Notes: generated by a model from the sequence alone, not told the origin. A stretch of DNA of 64,000 nt from an uncultured Pseudogracilibacillus sp. (GCA_937960785.1 CALGOZ010000115.1:446-64445); one strand, 5' to 3'; shown: positions 31,033-40,521, numbered from the stretch's first letter. Numbers and translations: made by a program.

Positions 31033-31548
31033 ATGAGCGACAAAAAGAAACAAGTTTCTCGTCGCCAGTTCTTGAACTATTCATTAACTGGATTAGGCGG
31101 ATTTATGGCTGCAGGTATGTTAGTACCAATGCTACGTTTTGCTATTGACCCTGTGCTTCAAGCACAAGCAGAGGCAGGTGACTTAGCGAACGTTGGTCTT
31201 TCTGTAGACGATATTACAGAAGAGCCACAACGTGTAGACTGGGAAGTATTACAAGTTGATGGTTGGTATGAATCAAATATTAATCGTACGGCATGGGTTT
31301 TCAAAGATGAAGATGGTGAAATTCAAGCATTTTCCCCAATTTGTACACATTTAGGTTGTTTTGTGTCTTGGGAAGGTAGCGAAGACTATCCAAACGAATT
31401 CTTCTGTCCATGTCATGATGGTAGATACTATAAAGACGGTACGAACGTACCAGGAACGCCGCCATTACGTCCATTAGAAGTGTATGAACATGCAGTTGAA
31501 AACGGAATGTTATATTTAGGCGAACCGAAACCGAGAGAGGAGGCATAA
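31033..31548 (+). CDS. qcrA: menaquinol-cytochrome c reductase Rieske iron-sulfur subunit
   Basis: Twin-arginine leader SRRQFLNYS. Rieske motifs CTHLGC and CPCHDG. Confidence 0.9.
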   Translation: MSDKKKQVSRRQFLNYSLTGLGGFMAAGMLVPMLRFAIDPVLQAQAEAGDLANVGLSVDDITEEPQRVDWEVLQVDGWYESNINRTAWVFKDEDGEIQAFSPICTHLGCFVSWEGSEDYPNEFFCPCHDGRYYKDGTNVPGTPPLRPLEVYEHAVENGMLYLGEPKPREEA

Positions 31549-31553
31549 AATAG

Positions 31554-32228
31554 ATGATCCAAAAACTTTACGACTGGATCGACGAGCGGGTTGACGTTAC
31601 ACCGATTTGGCGTGATATTGCAGATCACGAAGTTCCAGAGCACGTAAACCCGGCTTACCATTTTTCAGCCTTTGTTTACTGCTTCGGTGGTCTAACGTTT
31701 TTTGTCGTCGTAATCCAAGTATTGTCAGGAATGTTCTTAACGATGTATTACGTACCTGACATTGAGAACGCATGGAAATCTGTTTATTACTTGCAGACTC
31801 AAGTTGCCCACGGACAAATTGTACGTGGTATGCACCATTGGGGAGCAAGTGTGGTAATCGTAATGTTACTACTACATACATTGCGTGTGTTTTTCCAAGG
31901 AGCCTACAAGAAACCACGTGAATTAAACTGGATGGTTGGAGTGCTCTTATTCTTTGTTATGTTAGGCCTCGGCTTTACAGGTTACCTGTTACCGTGGGAT
32001 AACAAAGCTTATTTTGCTACACAAGTAGGATTACAAATTGCTGAGCAAGTTCCGTTTATCGGTGAGCATTTACTAACTTTATTAGCGGGTGACCCTAATA
32101 TTGTAGGAGCTCAAACATTAACACGGTTCTTTGCGATTCATGTCTTCTTCTTACCAGGTGCATTGTTTGCACTGTTAGCAGTTCACTTTATTTTAATTCG
32201 TAGACAAGGAATTGCTGGACCACTATAA
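31554..32228 (+). CDS. qcrB: menaquinol-cytochrome c reductase cytochrome b subunit
   Basis: 224 aa cytochrome b6-like protein with four TM helices and conserved His pairs (GMHHWGAS, FFAIHVFFLP). Confidence 0.9.
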   Translation: MIQKLYDWIDERVDVTPIWRDIADHEVPEHVNPAYHFSAFVYCFGGLTFFVVVIQVLSGMFLTMYYVPDIENAWKSVYYLQTQVAHGQIVRGMHHWGASVVIVMLLLHTLRVFFQGAYKKPRELNWMVGVLLFFVMLGLGFTGYLLPWDNKAYFATQVGLQIAEQVPFIGEHLLTLLAGDPNIVGAQTLTRFFAIHVFFLPGALFALLAVHFILIRRQGIAGPL

Positions 32229-32245
32229 AATAGGGAGGGAAAGCT

Positions 32246-33025
32246 GTGAAACGTGGTAAAGGAATGCGTTTTGTTGGCGACTCAAGAGTTAGTGCTGACA
32301 AAACATCGCAAGTACCTAAAGATTATTCAGAATACCCTGGACGAACAGAAGCCTTTTGGCCCAACTTCCTATTAAAGGAATGGCTTGTTGGTTCAGTATT
32401 CTTAATTGGATTCTTAACAGCAACAGCTGTATCGCCATCTCCTCTCGAAGGAGTAGCGAATCCGTCTGATGCATCATACTTACCATTACCTGACTGGTAT
32501 TTCCTGTTCTTATATCAGTTGTTAAAATATCAATTCGCAGCTGGAGATTACGTACTAATCGGTATTTTAGTTATTCCTGGAATTGCCTTTGGAGCGTTAT
32601 TTTTAGCACCGTTTCTCGATCGTGGACCAGGAAGACGGCCGCAACAACGTCCAATCGCGGTTTCAATGATGTTGCTTGCTCTTGTAGCGACAATCTGGTT
32701 AACGTATGAATCTGCTGCAGCAGTAGACTGGAAGCAAATTGCTGAAGATAACAAACCAATTCCACCAGGCGAAGAGGTAGAAATCGATACAGATCACCCA
32801 GGATACGAAGTGTATGCTAATAGCTGTATTAGCTGTCATGGTGATGAGTTAGAAGGTGGGGCAGCTGGTCCTACATTAATCGGTATCGAACGTTCTGGTG
32901 ATGAAATCGCTGATATTTCGGTAAATGGTATCGGTGATATGCCAGCAGGATTATTTGATGGAACAGATGAGGAGCTCGATGATTTAGTCGACTTTATCTT
33001 ATCTGTTAATGAAGAAGCTGAATAA
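32246..33025 (+). CDS. qcrC: menaquinol-cytochrome c reductase cytochrome b/c subunit
   Basis: Subunit-IV-like TM part plus a C-terminal c-type heme motif CISCHG. GTG start after a gggaggg RBS. Confidence 0.9.
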   Translation: MKRGKGMRFVGDSRVSADKTSQVPKDYSEYPGRTEAFWPNFLLKEWLVGSVFLIGFLTATAVSPSPLEGVANPSDASYLPLPDWYFLFLYQLLKYQFAAGDYVLIGILVIPGIAFGALFLAPFLDRGPGRRPQQRPIAVSMMLLALVATIWLTYESAAAVDWKQIAEDNKPIPPGEEVEIDTDHPGYEVYANSCISCHGDELEGGAAGPTLIGIERSGDEIADISVNGIGDMPAGLFDGTDEELDDLVDFILSVNEEAE

Positions 33026-33036
33026 TCGAACTATTA

Positions 33037-33072
33037 ACACCTTCCTTCTTAAATGGAGGAGGGTGTTTTTTA
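33037..33072 (+). terminator. rho-independent terminator after qcrC
   Basis: 12-bp stem acaccttccttc / ggaggagggtgt (two G-U pairs), 6-nt loop, T6 run. Confidence 0.75.
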
Positions 33073-33127
33073 TTTCGTTTTTATAAATCAATATGCTACA
33101 CTTTTTCATAAATAAGTTGATAAAGAA

Positions 33128-33730
33128 ATGGGTGTATTTATGGTCGCATTAATAAGGCAACTATTAGTATATAAACCGTTTATTCTTATCTTATTTATCA
33201 TAAACTTATTCGGTACTATTTATGGATTCTTATGGTATGAATCCCAACTTAAAGTTACTCCTTTAATTTTTATTCCTTTTGTTCCTGATAGTCCGACGGC
33301 GAGTTTATTTTTTACTATATTTTTATTATTTTTTCTTCTCAATCGTTCTGTACCATATATCGAAGCATTAGCTGTTACGTCTTTAATTAAATATGGTATT
33401 TGGGCTGTGGTCATGAATTTATTTACTTTATATATTGAAGGGGAACTAATGTGGCAAGGTTATATGTTAATTATTTCTCATGGATTAATGGCCGTACAAG
33501 CAGTTCTTTATTTACCATATTATCGAATTCAATTAAAACATTTAACCGTTGCTGGGATCGTTCTTTCACATAATGAAATGATCGACTATGTTTTTGGAAT
33601 GATGCCAATTTACTCTTCTTTAACAGATTATATGCAAGGTATTGGCTACTTCACCTTTTGGTTATCAGTCTGTACGATATTGTTTGTATATCATGCATTA
33701 AAGCGATGGAATCCTTACTGGAATTCATAA
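33128..33730 (+). CDS. ypjA: DUF1405 membrane protein YpjA
   Basis: 200 aa polytopic membrane protein (NLFGTIYGFLWY...) directly after qcrC, as ypjA is. Confidence 0.65.
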   Translation: MGVFMVALIRQLLVYKPFILILFIINLFGTIYGFLWYESQLKVTPLIFIPFVPDSPTASLFFTIFLLFFLLNRSVPYIEALAVTSLIKYGIWAVVMNLFTLYIEGELMWQGYMLIISHGLMAVQAVLYLPYYRIQLKHLTVAGIVLSHNEMIDYVFGMMPIYSSLTDYMQGIGYFTFWLSVCTILFVYHALKRWNPYWNS

Positions 33731-33788
33731 AAAGTAACAACCTAACATATAGTTGAAGAAGATTCAATTATGTTAGGGGTGATCTTTC

Positions 33789-34052
33789 GTGCGTTTACTC
33801 TTTTACCTTCCGTTTTTACTTTTTTCAAAATTAGAAGTATTGACGAACGCTCCTTCAAATATGACACAAGCTACATTAGCATTTTCTAATGATCACCAAG
33901 AACCGCTTTTTTTATCGAGCATCGTATCTTTTTTATCTTTGGTACTTTTAATCGGGGGTTCAATTTTAGTTACTTTAACTTATGTAGGTTGGAGAAAATT
34001 TAAAGCTACTAAAATGAATAAACAAAGGAAAAAGCGTAACTCTAATTATTGA
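33789..34052 (+). CDS. small membrane protein at the ypjB position (possible truncated YpjB)
   Basis: 87 aa with an N-terminal hydrophobic signal-like segment and a C-terminal TM followed by a basic tail (LTYVGWRKFKATKMNKQRKKR). GTG start after an aggggtga RBS. B. subtilis YpjB at this position is about 264 aa. Confidence 0.4.
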   Translation: MRLLFYLPFLLFSKLEVLTNAPSNMTQATLAFSNDHQEPLFLSSIVSFLSLVLLIGGSILVTLTYVGWRKFKATKMNKQRKKRNSNY

Positions 34053-34116
34053 CTTCAACGAAAAATTTGACTATTATTGACTATGTAAGTACTTTTACAA
34101 TAAAAGGAGTGTCGCT

Positions 34117-34797
34117 ATGTCTATGGGAATGTATTTGATTTACTTTGCACTATTGTTAATCGTTCCGCTTTGGGCACAAATGAAGGTAAAAAGTGCCTAT
34201 AAAAAATATTCTCAAGTTCCAACATCAAGTCAAATGACAGGTTTTGAAGTTGCTCGACAAATATTAGATGAGAATGGATTGTTCGATGTAACGATTGAAG
34301 AAGTTAAGGGAACTTTAACAGACCATTATGATCCACGGTCAAAAACGGTTCGCTTATCAAGTGATAATTATCACGGTAGATCGATGGCTGCTTCAGCTGT
34401 GGCGGCCCATGAAGTTGGGCACGCTTTACAAGATGCGGAAGAATATGGGTTTCTAAAATTTCGTACAAGCTTAGTACCGTTAGCTCAATTCGGTTCGAGT
34501 ACAGCTTTTTACATTATTTTGGCTGGTATACTTTTTAATATGATGAACTTGCTTTTAGTTGGAATCTTTTTTATGGCTTTTGCTGTCTTATTCCAACTCG
34601 TTACATTACCAGTAGAATTCAACGCTTCTTCCAGAGCGATGGACCAACTTGTAGGAATGGGAATTATCGCTCATAATGAAGAACGCGATACGAAGAAAGT
34701 ATTAGATGCTGCGGCGTTAACATATGTTGCTGCTGCATTAGTAGCTGTAGCAGAGTTGTTCCGCTTTATCTTAATTTTCTTAGCAAATCGTGATTAA
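34117..34797 (+). CDS. membrane zinc metallopeptidase, YugP family
   Basis: HEVGHALQ zinc motif, an N-terminal TM helix and a C-terminal TM bundle, 226 aa, aaaggag RBS. Confidence 0.75.
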   Translation: MSMGMYLIYFALLLIVPLWAQMKVKSAYKKYSQVPTSSQMTGFEVARQILDENGLFDVTIEEVKGTLTDHYDPRSKTVRLSSDNYHGRSMAASAVAAHEVGHALQDAEEYGFLKFRTSLVPLAQFGSSTAFYIILAGILFNMMNLLLVGIFFMAFAVLFQLVTLPVEFNASSRAMDQLVGMGIIAHNEERDTKKVLDAAALTYVAAALVAVAELFRFILIFLANRD

Positions 34798-34852
34798 AAA
34801 AAGGCTAGTAAATAGATCTCATGTATAAAAGATCTTATTTACTAGCTTTTTT
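34796..34852. terminator. bidirectional terminator between convergent genes
   Basis: Arms gctagtaaatagatc (34804-34818) and gatcttatttactagc (34831-34846) form a roughly 14-bp stem with one mismatch/bulge. Flanked by an A7 run upstream and a T6 run downstream. Confidence 0.8.
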
Positions 34853-35726
34853 ATTGCTCTGGATGAATTGGTTCTTTTCGGTCATCTAAGGTAAAACCTT
34901 CTCCCATCACTTCATGAACAGTCATTACTGATACAAAAGCGTGTGGGTCGACTTGTAAAATAACATTTTTTGCCTTTACAATCTCATTTTTACCGACGAT
35001 ACAGTAAAGGACTTCCTGTTCTTCTTTCGTATAATGTCCTTTTCCTTTTAAGACCGTTACTCCTCTTTCCATTTCAGTATTAATTAAATCGGCAATTTCC
35101 CTATGTTTTTTTGAAATAATAATTAAACCTCTAGCAGAATAAGCACCCTCTTGAATAAAATCGATGACACGAGCTCCGATATAAACTAATAATAAAGTGT
35201 ATACTCCTTCACGCATATTTAAGTAAAAGATTATCGAAGTCGTAATAACGAAAAAATCGAATAAAAACAATGTCTTACCCATACTCCAGCCTATATATTT
35301 GTTAACGATCCGGGCAATTATATCAACACCACCAGTAGTCCCACCGTAACGGAAGATAATACCGAGTCCTGACCCGATAAACACACCAGCAAGGATAGCG
35401 ACTAGGGTCATATCTTTCTCTAAATCGATAGAAAAGCTATATTGTTGAAATAAGGTTAAAAAGCCTGAGACAGAAAATGTACCAATTAATGTATAAATAA
35501 AGGTTATCTTACCTAACACTTTCCATCCGATGAAAAATAGCGGTATATTAAAAACTAGATATGTAATTGCCGGGTCCCATTTGAATAAAAAATATAACAG
35601 CAAAGTAATTCCAGTAAATCCGCCTTCACCTAAATTGTTCGGCATATTAAAATGAACAATGCCAAAGGAAAAGACGGCAGAACCAATTAAAATAAATAAA
35701 ATATTTTTTATACGTAAACCAAACAT
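34851..35726 (-). CDS. ypjC: YitT-family membrane protein with DUF2179 C-terminal domain (YpjC-like)
   Basis: Five to six TM helices plus a soluble C-terminal domain (VTVLKGKGHYT). ATG 35726 follows a strong aaggaggaaag RBS; the track start at 35753 has none. Confidence 0.75.
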   Translation of the reverse strand: MFGLRIKNILFILIGSAVFSFGIVHFNMPNNLGEGGFTGITLLLYFLFKWDPAITYLVFNIPLFFIGWKVLGKITFIYTLIGTFSVSGFLTLFQQYSFSIDLEKDMTLVAILAGVFIGSGLGIIFRYGGTTGGVDIIARIVNKYIGWSMGKTLFLFDFFVITTSIIFYLNMREGVYTLLLVYIGARVIDFIQEGAYSARGLIIISKKHREIADLINTEMERGVTVLKGKGHYTKEEQEVLYCIVGKNEIVKAKNVILQVDPHAFVSVMTVHEVMGEGFTLDDRKEPIHPEQ

Positions 35727-35879
35727 TTCTTTCCTCCTTATTATAGTTGTCATGACTTGTCGTTCTTTAGTATAGTCAACAAGTGTGGTCGTTACAATTA
35801 TAAATATATTTGTTGTAAAACGAAAATGTTTTAGCTAACATTAAAGTTAACGTAAATATAGTAAGGAGTTATTAGCTAT

Positions 35880-36215
35880 ATGTCGAAAATTTATACGACG
35901 AAAGAGATTGAACAGATAGTTGATCAGTACATTTCTCAATTTGAGGAAGGTTACTTTTCCCCTCTAGCATTAACTGCTCGCTTATCGGAGGAAGTAGGCG
36001 AATTAGCGCGAGAAATTAATCATACTTACGGGGAAAAACCGAAAAAGCCGACGGAAGAAGTAAAAACAATTGAAGAAGAAATCGGTGATATTTTATTCGT
36101 GTTAGCATGTTTTACAAATTCCCTCGACTTAGATTTATCGAAAGCGTTCCATACAACGATGACAAAATTTGAAGAAAGAGATAAAGACCGCTGGACGCGT
36201 AAAAATAAAGATTAA
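35880..36215 (+). CDS. ypjD: MazG-like nucleotide pyrophosphohydrolase YpjD
   Basis: MazG motifs LSEEVGELAREI and EEIGDILFVLA. 111 aa. Lies upstream of dapB. Confidence 0.8.
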   Translation: MSKIYTTKEIEQIVDQYISQFEEGYFSPLALTARLSEEVGELAREINHTYGEKPKKPTEEVKTIEEEIGDILFVLACFTNSLDLDLSKAFHTTMTKFEERDKDRWTRKNKD

Positions 36216-36236
36216 TGATAAAGTAGGAGGATTTTA

Positions 36237-37028
36237 ATGACAACATCAATCGTATTAGCCGGTCCACGAGGTAAGATGGGACAAGAAGCACTTAAAATGA
36301 TCACAAATACACCAGAGTTTAAACTCGTAGGTGTCATTGATCGTAAACGGGAAGATATTTCTTTTGAAAAGGAGGATATCCCTGTATTTTACGATGCTGA
36401 ACAATGTTTTACAAAGTTAAAACCAGATGTATTTATAGATTTAACGATTCCAGAAGTCGGGTTTTTACACACGAAAGCAGCTCTAGAAAATAAAGTCCGG
36501 GCTGTTGTAGGTACGTCGGGTTTTACTGAAGAAAACGTAAACGAGTTACGTTCGATTGCAGAAAAGAACAAAACAGGCTGTATTATCGCTCCTAACTTTG
36601 CTTTAGGTGCGGTACTTATGATGGCTTTTGCAAAAGTTTCAGCTAAATTTTTCCCTGATGTGGAAATTATTGAAAAGCATCACGATCAAAAGATTGATTC
36701 ACCATCGGGTACAGCGGTAAAAACAATCGAATTAATTCAAGAAAATCGTAAACCGAAAATCCAAGGTCATCCTGAAGAATACGAAACAGTTGAAGGGGCA
36801 AGGGGTGGAGATGTCGATGGTATTAAAGTACATAGTGTGCGTTTGCCGGGTCTTGTAGCTCATCAAGAAGTAATCTTTGGTGGCAAAAGCGAGCTTTTCA
36901 CGATTAAACACGATTCTTTTCATCGAGAATCATTTATGGGTGGGCTGAAATTAGCAGTTGAAAAAGTAACGGAACTTGATTCGTTAGTATATGGTTTAGA
37001 ACATGTCATGGGACTTGATTTTGTCTAA
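36237..37028 (+). CDS. dapB: 4-hydroxy-tetrahydrodipicolinate reductase
   Basis: N-terminal Rossmann LAGPRGKMG, EKHHDQKIDSPSGTA, and a C-terminal domain. 263 aa. Confidence 0.9.
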   Translation: MTTSIVLAGPRGKMGQEALKMITNTPEFKLVGVIDRKREDISFEKEDIPVFYDAEQCFTKLKPDVFIDLTIPEVGFLHTKAALENKVRAVVGTSGFTEENVNELRSIAEKNKTGCIIAPNFALGAVLMMAFAKVSAKFFPDVEIIEKHHDQKIDSPSGTAVKTIELIQENRKPKIQGHPEEYETVEGARGGDVDGIKVHSVRLPGLVAHQEVIFGGKSELFTIKHDSFHRESFMGGLKLAVEKVTELDSLVYGLEHVMGLDFV

Positions 37029-37238
37029 ACTTCTGCTTAATATATGATTGGAATTGTTACTATATAATAATTGTTTTAATTTGTGAACAAATGTATACAA
37101 AAGAAAAGTAAACATGGTATGATAATAACGTATGATTAAAAAAACTTATAATAAACGTATAAAAATATTAAACGTTTATCTTTTGATGTTCAACAATCGT
37201 ACACTATTGTCAGCGTACTCTAAAAAGGATGTATGAAC

Positions 37239-38366
37239 ATGATAAAAGTAGGCATAACGTGTTATCCAACGATCGGTGGCTCAGGGATTATTGCAACAGA
37301 ACTCGGTAAAATGCTAGCAGAACATGTTGGATACGAAGTGCATTTTATTACGTCTAGTTTACCTTTTCGTTTAGATTGTGTAAATCCAGAAATTCATTTT
37401 CATGAAGTGGAGATAAGTCATTATCCTGTATTTCAATACCCACCTTATGATTTAGCTTTAGCAGCTAAAATGGCGGAAGTAATCGATCGGGAACAGCTCG
37501 ACATATTACACGTACATTATGCTATGCCTCATGCAATAAGTGCTATTTTAGCTCGAGATATCGCAAAACACGATGTAAAAATTGTGACAACCTTACATGG
37601 AACCGATATTACGGTCTTAGCTTTTGACAAAACGTTTAAAAAAATGATTACATATGGTATAGAAAAATCGGATGCGGTAACAGCTGTTTCACAAGATTTA
37701 ATAACTCGAACGAAACAACATTTGAAAGTTGACCAAAATATCGAAGTCATTTATAACTTCGTAAATGAAGATGTATATTATAAAAAAAATGCCGACTATT
37801 TAAAACAACATTACCAAATAGAAGATGATGAAAAAGTGCTGATTCATATATCGAACTTCCGAAAGGTAAAACGAATTCCCGATATAATTGAAACCTTTTA
37901 CAATGTTCGAAAGAAAATAAAAGCAAAATTAATGTTAGTCGGCGATGGTCCGGAATTACAAACAGCCTTCGAGTTAGTTGATCATTTCAACCTAAATGAA
38001 GATGTTTTATTTTTAGGTCGACAAAAGGATATTAGTAACTTATTATCAATCTCCGATTTAATGTTATTATTATCCGAACAGGAAAGCTTCGGTCTTGTCC
38101 TTTTAGAAGCAATGGCATGTGAAGTACCGGCAATAGGAACGAATATTGGCGGAATACCGGAAGTAATTGTCCAAGGAGAAACAGGTTATCTTGTCGACTT
38201 AGGTGATGTTAAAACAGCTGCAAAAAAGGCCGTCGATCTTTTATCAGATGAAGATCGTTTAAAACAGTTTCGGACATCAGCCTTTGAGCGGGCGAGAACT
38301 GTTTTCCATTCGAAGACGATTATTAAGCAATATATGAATTTATATAAACGATTATTAAAAGAGTAG
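37239..38366 (+). CDS. bshA: N-acetyl-alpha-D-glucosaminyl L-malate synthase (bacillithiol biosynthesis glycosyltransferase)
   Basis: GT4 glycosyltransferase closely resembling B. subtilis BshA along its length (KVGITCYPTIGGSGIIATELGK, TTLHGTDITVL, SNFRKVKR, ESFGLVLLEAMAC.VP.IGTNIGGIPEV). Followed by cca-birA as in B. subtilis. Confidence 0.85.
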   Translation: MIKVGITCYPTIGGSGIIATELGKMLAEHVGYEVHFITSSLPFRLDCVNPEIHFHEVEISHYPVFQYPPYDLALAAKMAEVIDREQLDILHVHYAMPHAISAILARDIAKHDVKIVTTLHGTDITVLAFDKTFKKMITYGIEKSDAVTAVSQDLITRTKQHLKVDQNIEVIYNFVNEDVYYKKNADYLKQHYQIEDDEKVLIHISNFRKVKRIPDIIETFYNVRKKIKAKLMLVGDGPELQTAFELVDHFNLNEDVLFLGRQKDISNLLSISDLMLLLSEQESFGLVLLEAMACEVPAIGTNIGGIPEVIVQGETGYLVDLGDVKTAAKKAVDLLSDEDRLKQFRTSAFERARTVFHSKTIIKQYMNLYKRLLKE

Positions 38367-38380
38367 TGAAAGGTGAAACG

Positions 38381-39574
38381 ATGGAAATTCAACGAATTGA
38401 CGCATTTAGAAAAGCAATTCCGCTTCTTAAAAGATTAAATCAAGCCGGCTTTGAAGCTTATTTTGTCGGTGGTTGTGTTCGCAATTACTTGTTAGGTGTT
38501 GACATTAACGATATCGATATAACAACAGATGCAACCCCCGAACAAGTGGAGAAATTGTTTCACCAAGTTATTCCTGTTGGCGTAGAGCACGGAACAGTCA
38601 TCGTCCGATTTCATGATCAATCTTATGAAGTAACGACCTATCGAAAGAAGGATGCTAACACCAATGAATTTCACTTTAGTGACCGCATAGACGAGGATTT
38701 ACTGTATCGTGACTTTACGATGAATGCTTTAGCGATGGACATACATGGTCGCATTATCGATTATGTTGAAGGAAAAAAAGCGATAAAAAATCGTCTTATC
38801 GAAGCAGTAAACGATGCTGAGAGTCGTTTTCGAGAAGATCCATTACGAATGCTTCGGGCAATTCGTTTTGTCGCTCAATTTAATTTTTCAATAGAAAGAC
38901 GCACACTGCAAGCGATTAATAATTTACGTCACTTAATTGAAGGTGTGGCAATCGAACGTATTAAAGACGAAACGGATACATTAATTAAGGGTCCTTATTT
39001 TAAAAAGGCACTATATTATTTACATCATACAAAATTAATTTATTCGCTACCCTTGTTCAAGGAACATAAACAATTTATCGAGATATTAGAGAAAGAAACG
39101 TCACATTTTGAATCTTTTTCTCATATGGTAGCATTGTTATATTACTACGATCGGACGATTACTCCTTCACGTTGGATAAAAGAATGGAACGGTTCAAATA
39201 AAGAGAAAAAAGATGCTCAATTATTAACTGAAGCGCTTTTTGCATATGAAAAAGACGGAATGACCCTCTGGATTGCCTATCGTTTACCAGAGGCTTTACA
39301 TAAGCCCTTTGTAAAAATAATTGATACAATGGACGAAGGGTCGCTTTCAATCGAACAACTTAGATATTTTACGAAAAACTTAACAATTCGTTCACGAGAT
39401 GAACTAAAGGTTAACGGTTATTTATTAATGAAATGGTTTCCAAACCGTAAACGAGGGAAATGGTTAAAAGAAATGCTCGATGCAATCGAGTATGCAGTTG
39501 TAATGAATCAACTCGTGAACGAAGAAGAAAAGATAAAGGAATGGATTACATGTCATCCACTCGCAACAGATTAA
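38381..39574 (+). CDS. cca: CCA-adding tRNA nucleotidyltransferase
   Basis: Pol-beta nucleotidyltransferase head GGCVRNYLLG....DIDITT and RDFTMNA. ATG 38381 follows an aaaggtga RBS. Confidence 0.9.
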   Translation: MEIQRIDAFRKAIPLLKRLNQAGFEAYFVGGCVRNYLLGVDINDIDITTDATPEQVEKLFHQVIPVGVEHGTVIVRFHDQSYEVTTYRKKDANTNEFHFSDRIDEDLLYRDFTMNALAMDIHGRIIDYVEGKKAIKNRLIEAVNDAESRFREDPLRMLRAIRFVAQFNFSIERRTLQAINNLRHLIEGVAIERIKDETDTLIKGPYFKKALYYLHHTKLIYSLPLFKEHKQFIEILEKETSHFESFSHMVALLYYYDRTITPSRWIKEWNGSNKEKKDAQLLTEALFAYEKDGMTLWIAYRLPEALHKPFVKIIDTMDEGSLSIEQLRYFTKNLTIRSRDELKVNGYLLMKWFPNRKRGKWLKEMLDAIEYAVVMNQLVNEEEKIKEWITCHPLATD

Positions 39575-40521
39575 TACGACTGTTATCTCAACAAAAAGAA
39601 GAGTTTATTTCCGGACAGAAATTATCCGAATTACTTAATGTATCCCGCAGTGCGATATGGAAACATATGAACGAATTAAAGAAAGATGGATACGTTATTG
39701 AAGGGGTCGCTAATAAAGGTTATCGTATTGTCAAATTGCCCAATATCGTTAGTGAAAATACGATTGCTTGGGGTTTAAATACTAATTGGATAGGTAAAAA
39801 AATCGTCCATCAAGAAAAAATTCCCTCAACGCAAATATTAGCCCATCAATTAGCCCAAGAGGGAGCAGAGCATGGTACAATAATCGTAGCCGACGAACAG
39901 ACAGACTCTCGAGGACGAGTGAATAAACGTTGGTATTCGGCTAAAAATAAAGGGCTTTGGTTAAGTATTATTTTACGGCCAAGTATATTACCGTATTTAG
40001 CACCACAATTAACTTTATTAACAGCAACTGTTTTAGCCGATGTACTTCAATCACACTGTTGTATTACTCCACAAATAAAGTGGCCTAATGATATATTAAT
40101 TAATGAAAAAAAAGTAGCAGGTATACTAACAGAAATGCAAGCAGAGCAAGATCACGTTTTATATGTAATCGTCGGAATTGGCTTAAATGTTAATCAGACG
40201 AATTTCAAAACAGATCTTAAAGACCGAGCAACCTCTTTATATTTACAAACAAATAAAAAGTGGGATCTGGTCCCGATTCTCCAGCAACTTTTACGTTCTT
40301 TTGAGCTAAAATATGATAATTATTTACTCGATGGTTTTCAAAGTGTAAAAGCAGAATGGGAAACTTACGGATTTAAATTAAATGAACCGTTGAAAATAAA
40401 AACGGGCTCCGAAGAATTCGAAGCGATATTTCGAGGAATCGGGGAGGATGGGGCCCTGCTTGCCGAGCGACATGAAGGAAATATTCAAAAAATATATTCA
40501 GCAGAAATAGCTTGGTTTTAG
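39541..40521 (+). CDS. birA: bifunctional biotin-protein ligase / biotin operon repressor
   Basis: N-terminal wHTH (ISGQKLSELLNVSRSAIWKHMNELKKDGY) and ligase core (GRGRVNKRWYS, KWPNDILINEKKVAGILTE). ATG 39541 or 39550 is the start, overlapping the cca 3' end. The track ORF start at 39460 is upstream of both. Confidence 0.88.
   Translation: MDYMSSTRNRLIRLLSQQKEEFISGQKLSELLNVSRSAIWKHMNELKKDGYVIEGVANKGYRIVKLPNIVSENTIAWGLNTNWIGKKIVHQEKIPSTQILAHQLAQEGAEHGTIIVADEQTDSRGRVNKRWYSAKNKGLWLSIILRPSILPYLAPQLTLLTATVLADVLQSHCCITPQIKWPNDILINEKKVAGILTEMQAEQDHVLYVIVGIGLNVNQTNFKTDLKDRATSLYLQTNKKWDLVPILQQLLRSFELKYDNYLLDGFQSVKAEWETYGFKLNEPLKIKTGSEEFEAIFRGIGEDGALLAERHEGNIQKIYSAEIAWF

Noticed and set aside
30951-31148. 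65-aa plus-strand ORF starting at a TTG upstream of and overlapping qcrA
   Set aside because: Its start lies inside the predicted qcr promoter spacer. It has no RBS and runs out of frame into qcrA.
31301-31917. Minus-strand ORFs (81, 77 and 106 aa) inside qcrA/qcrB
   Set aside because: They are antisense to conserved respiratory genes and have no supporting signals.
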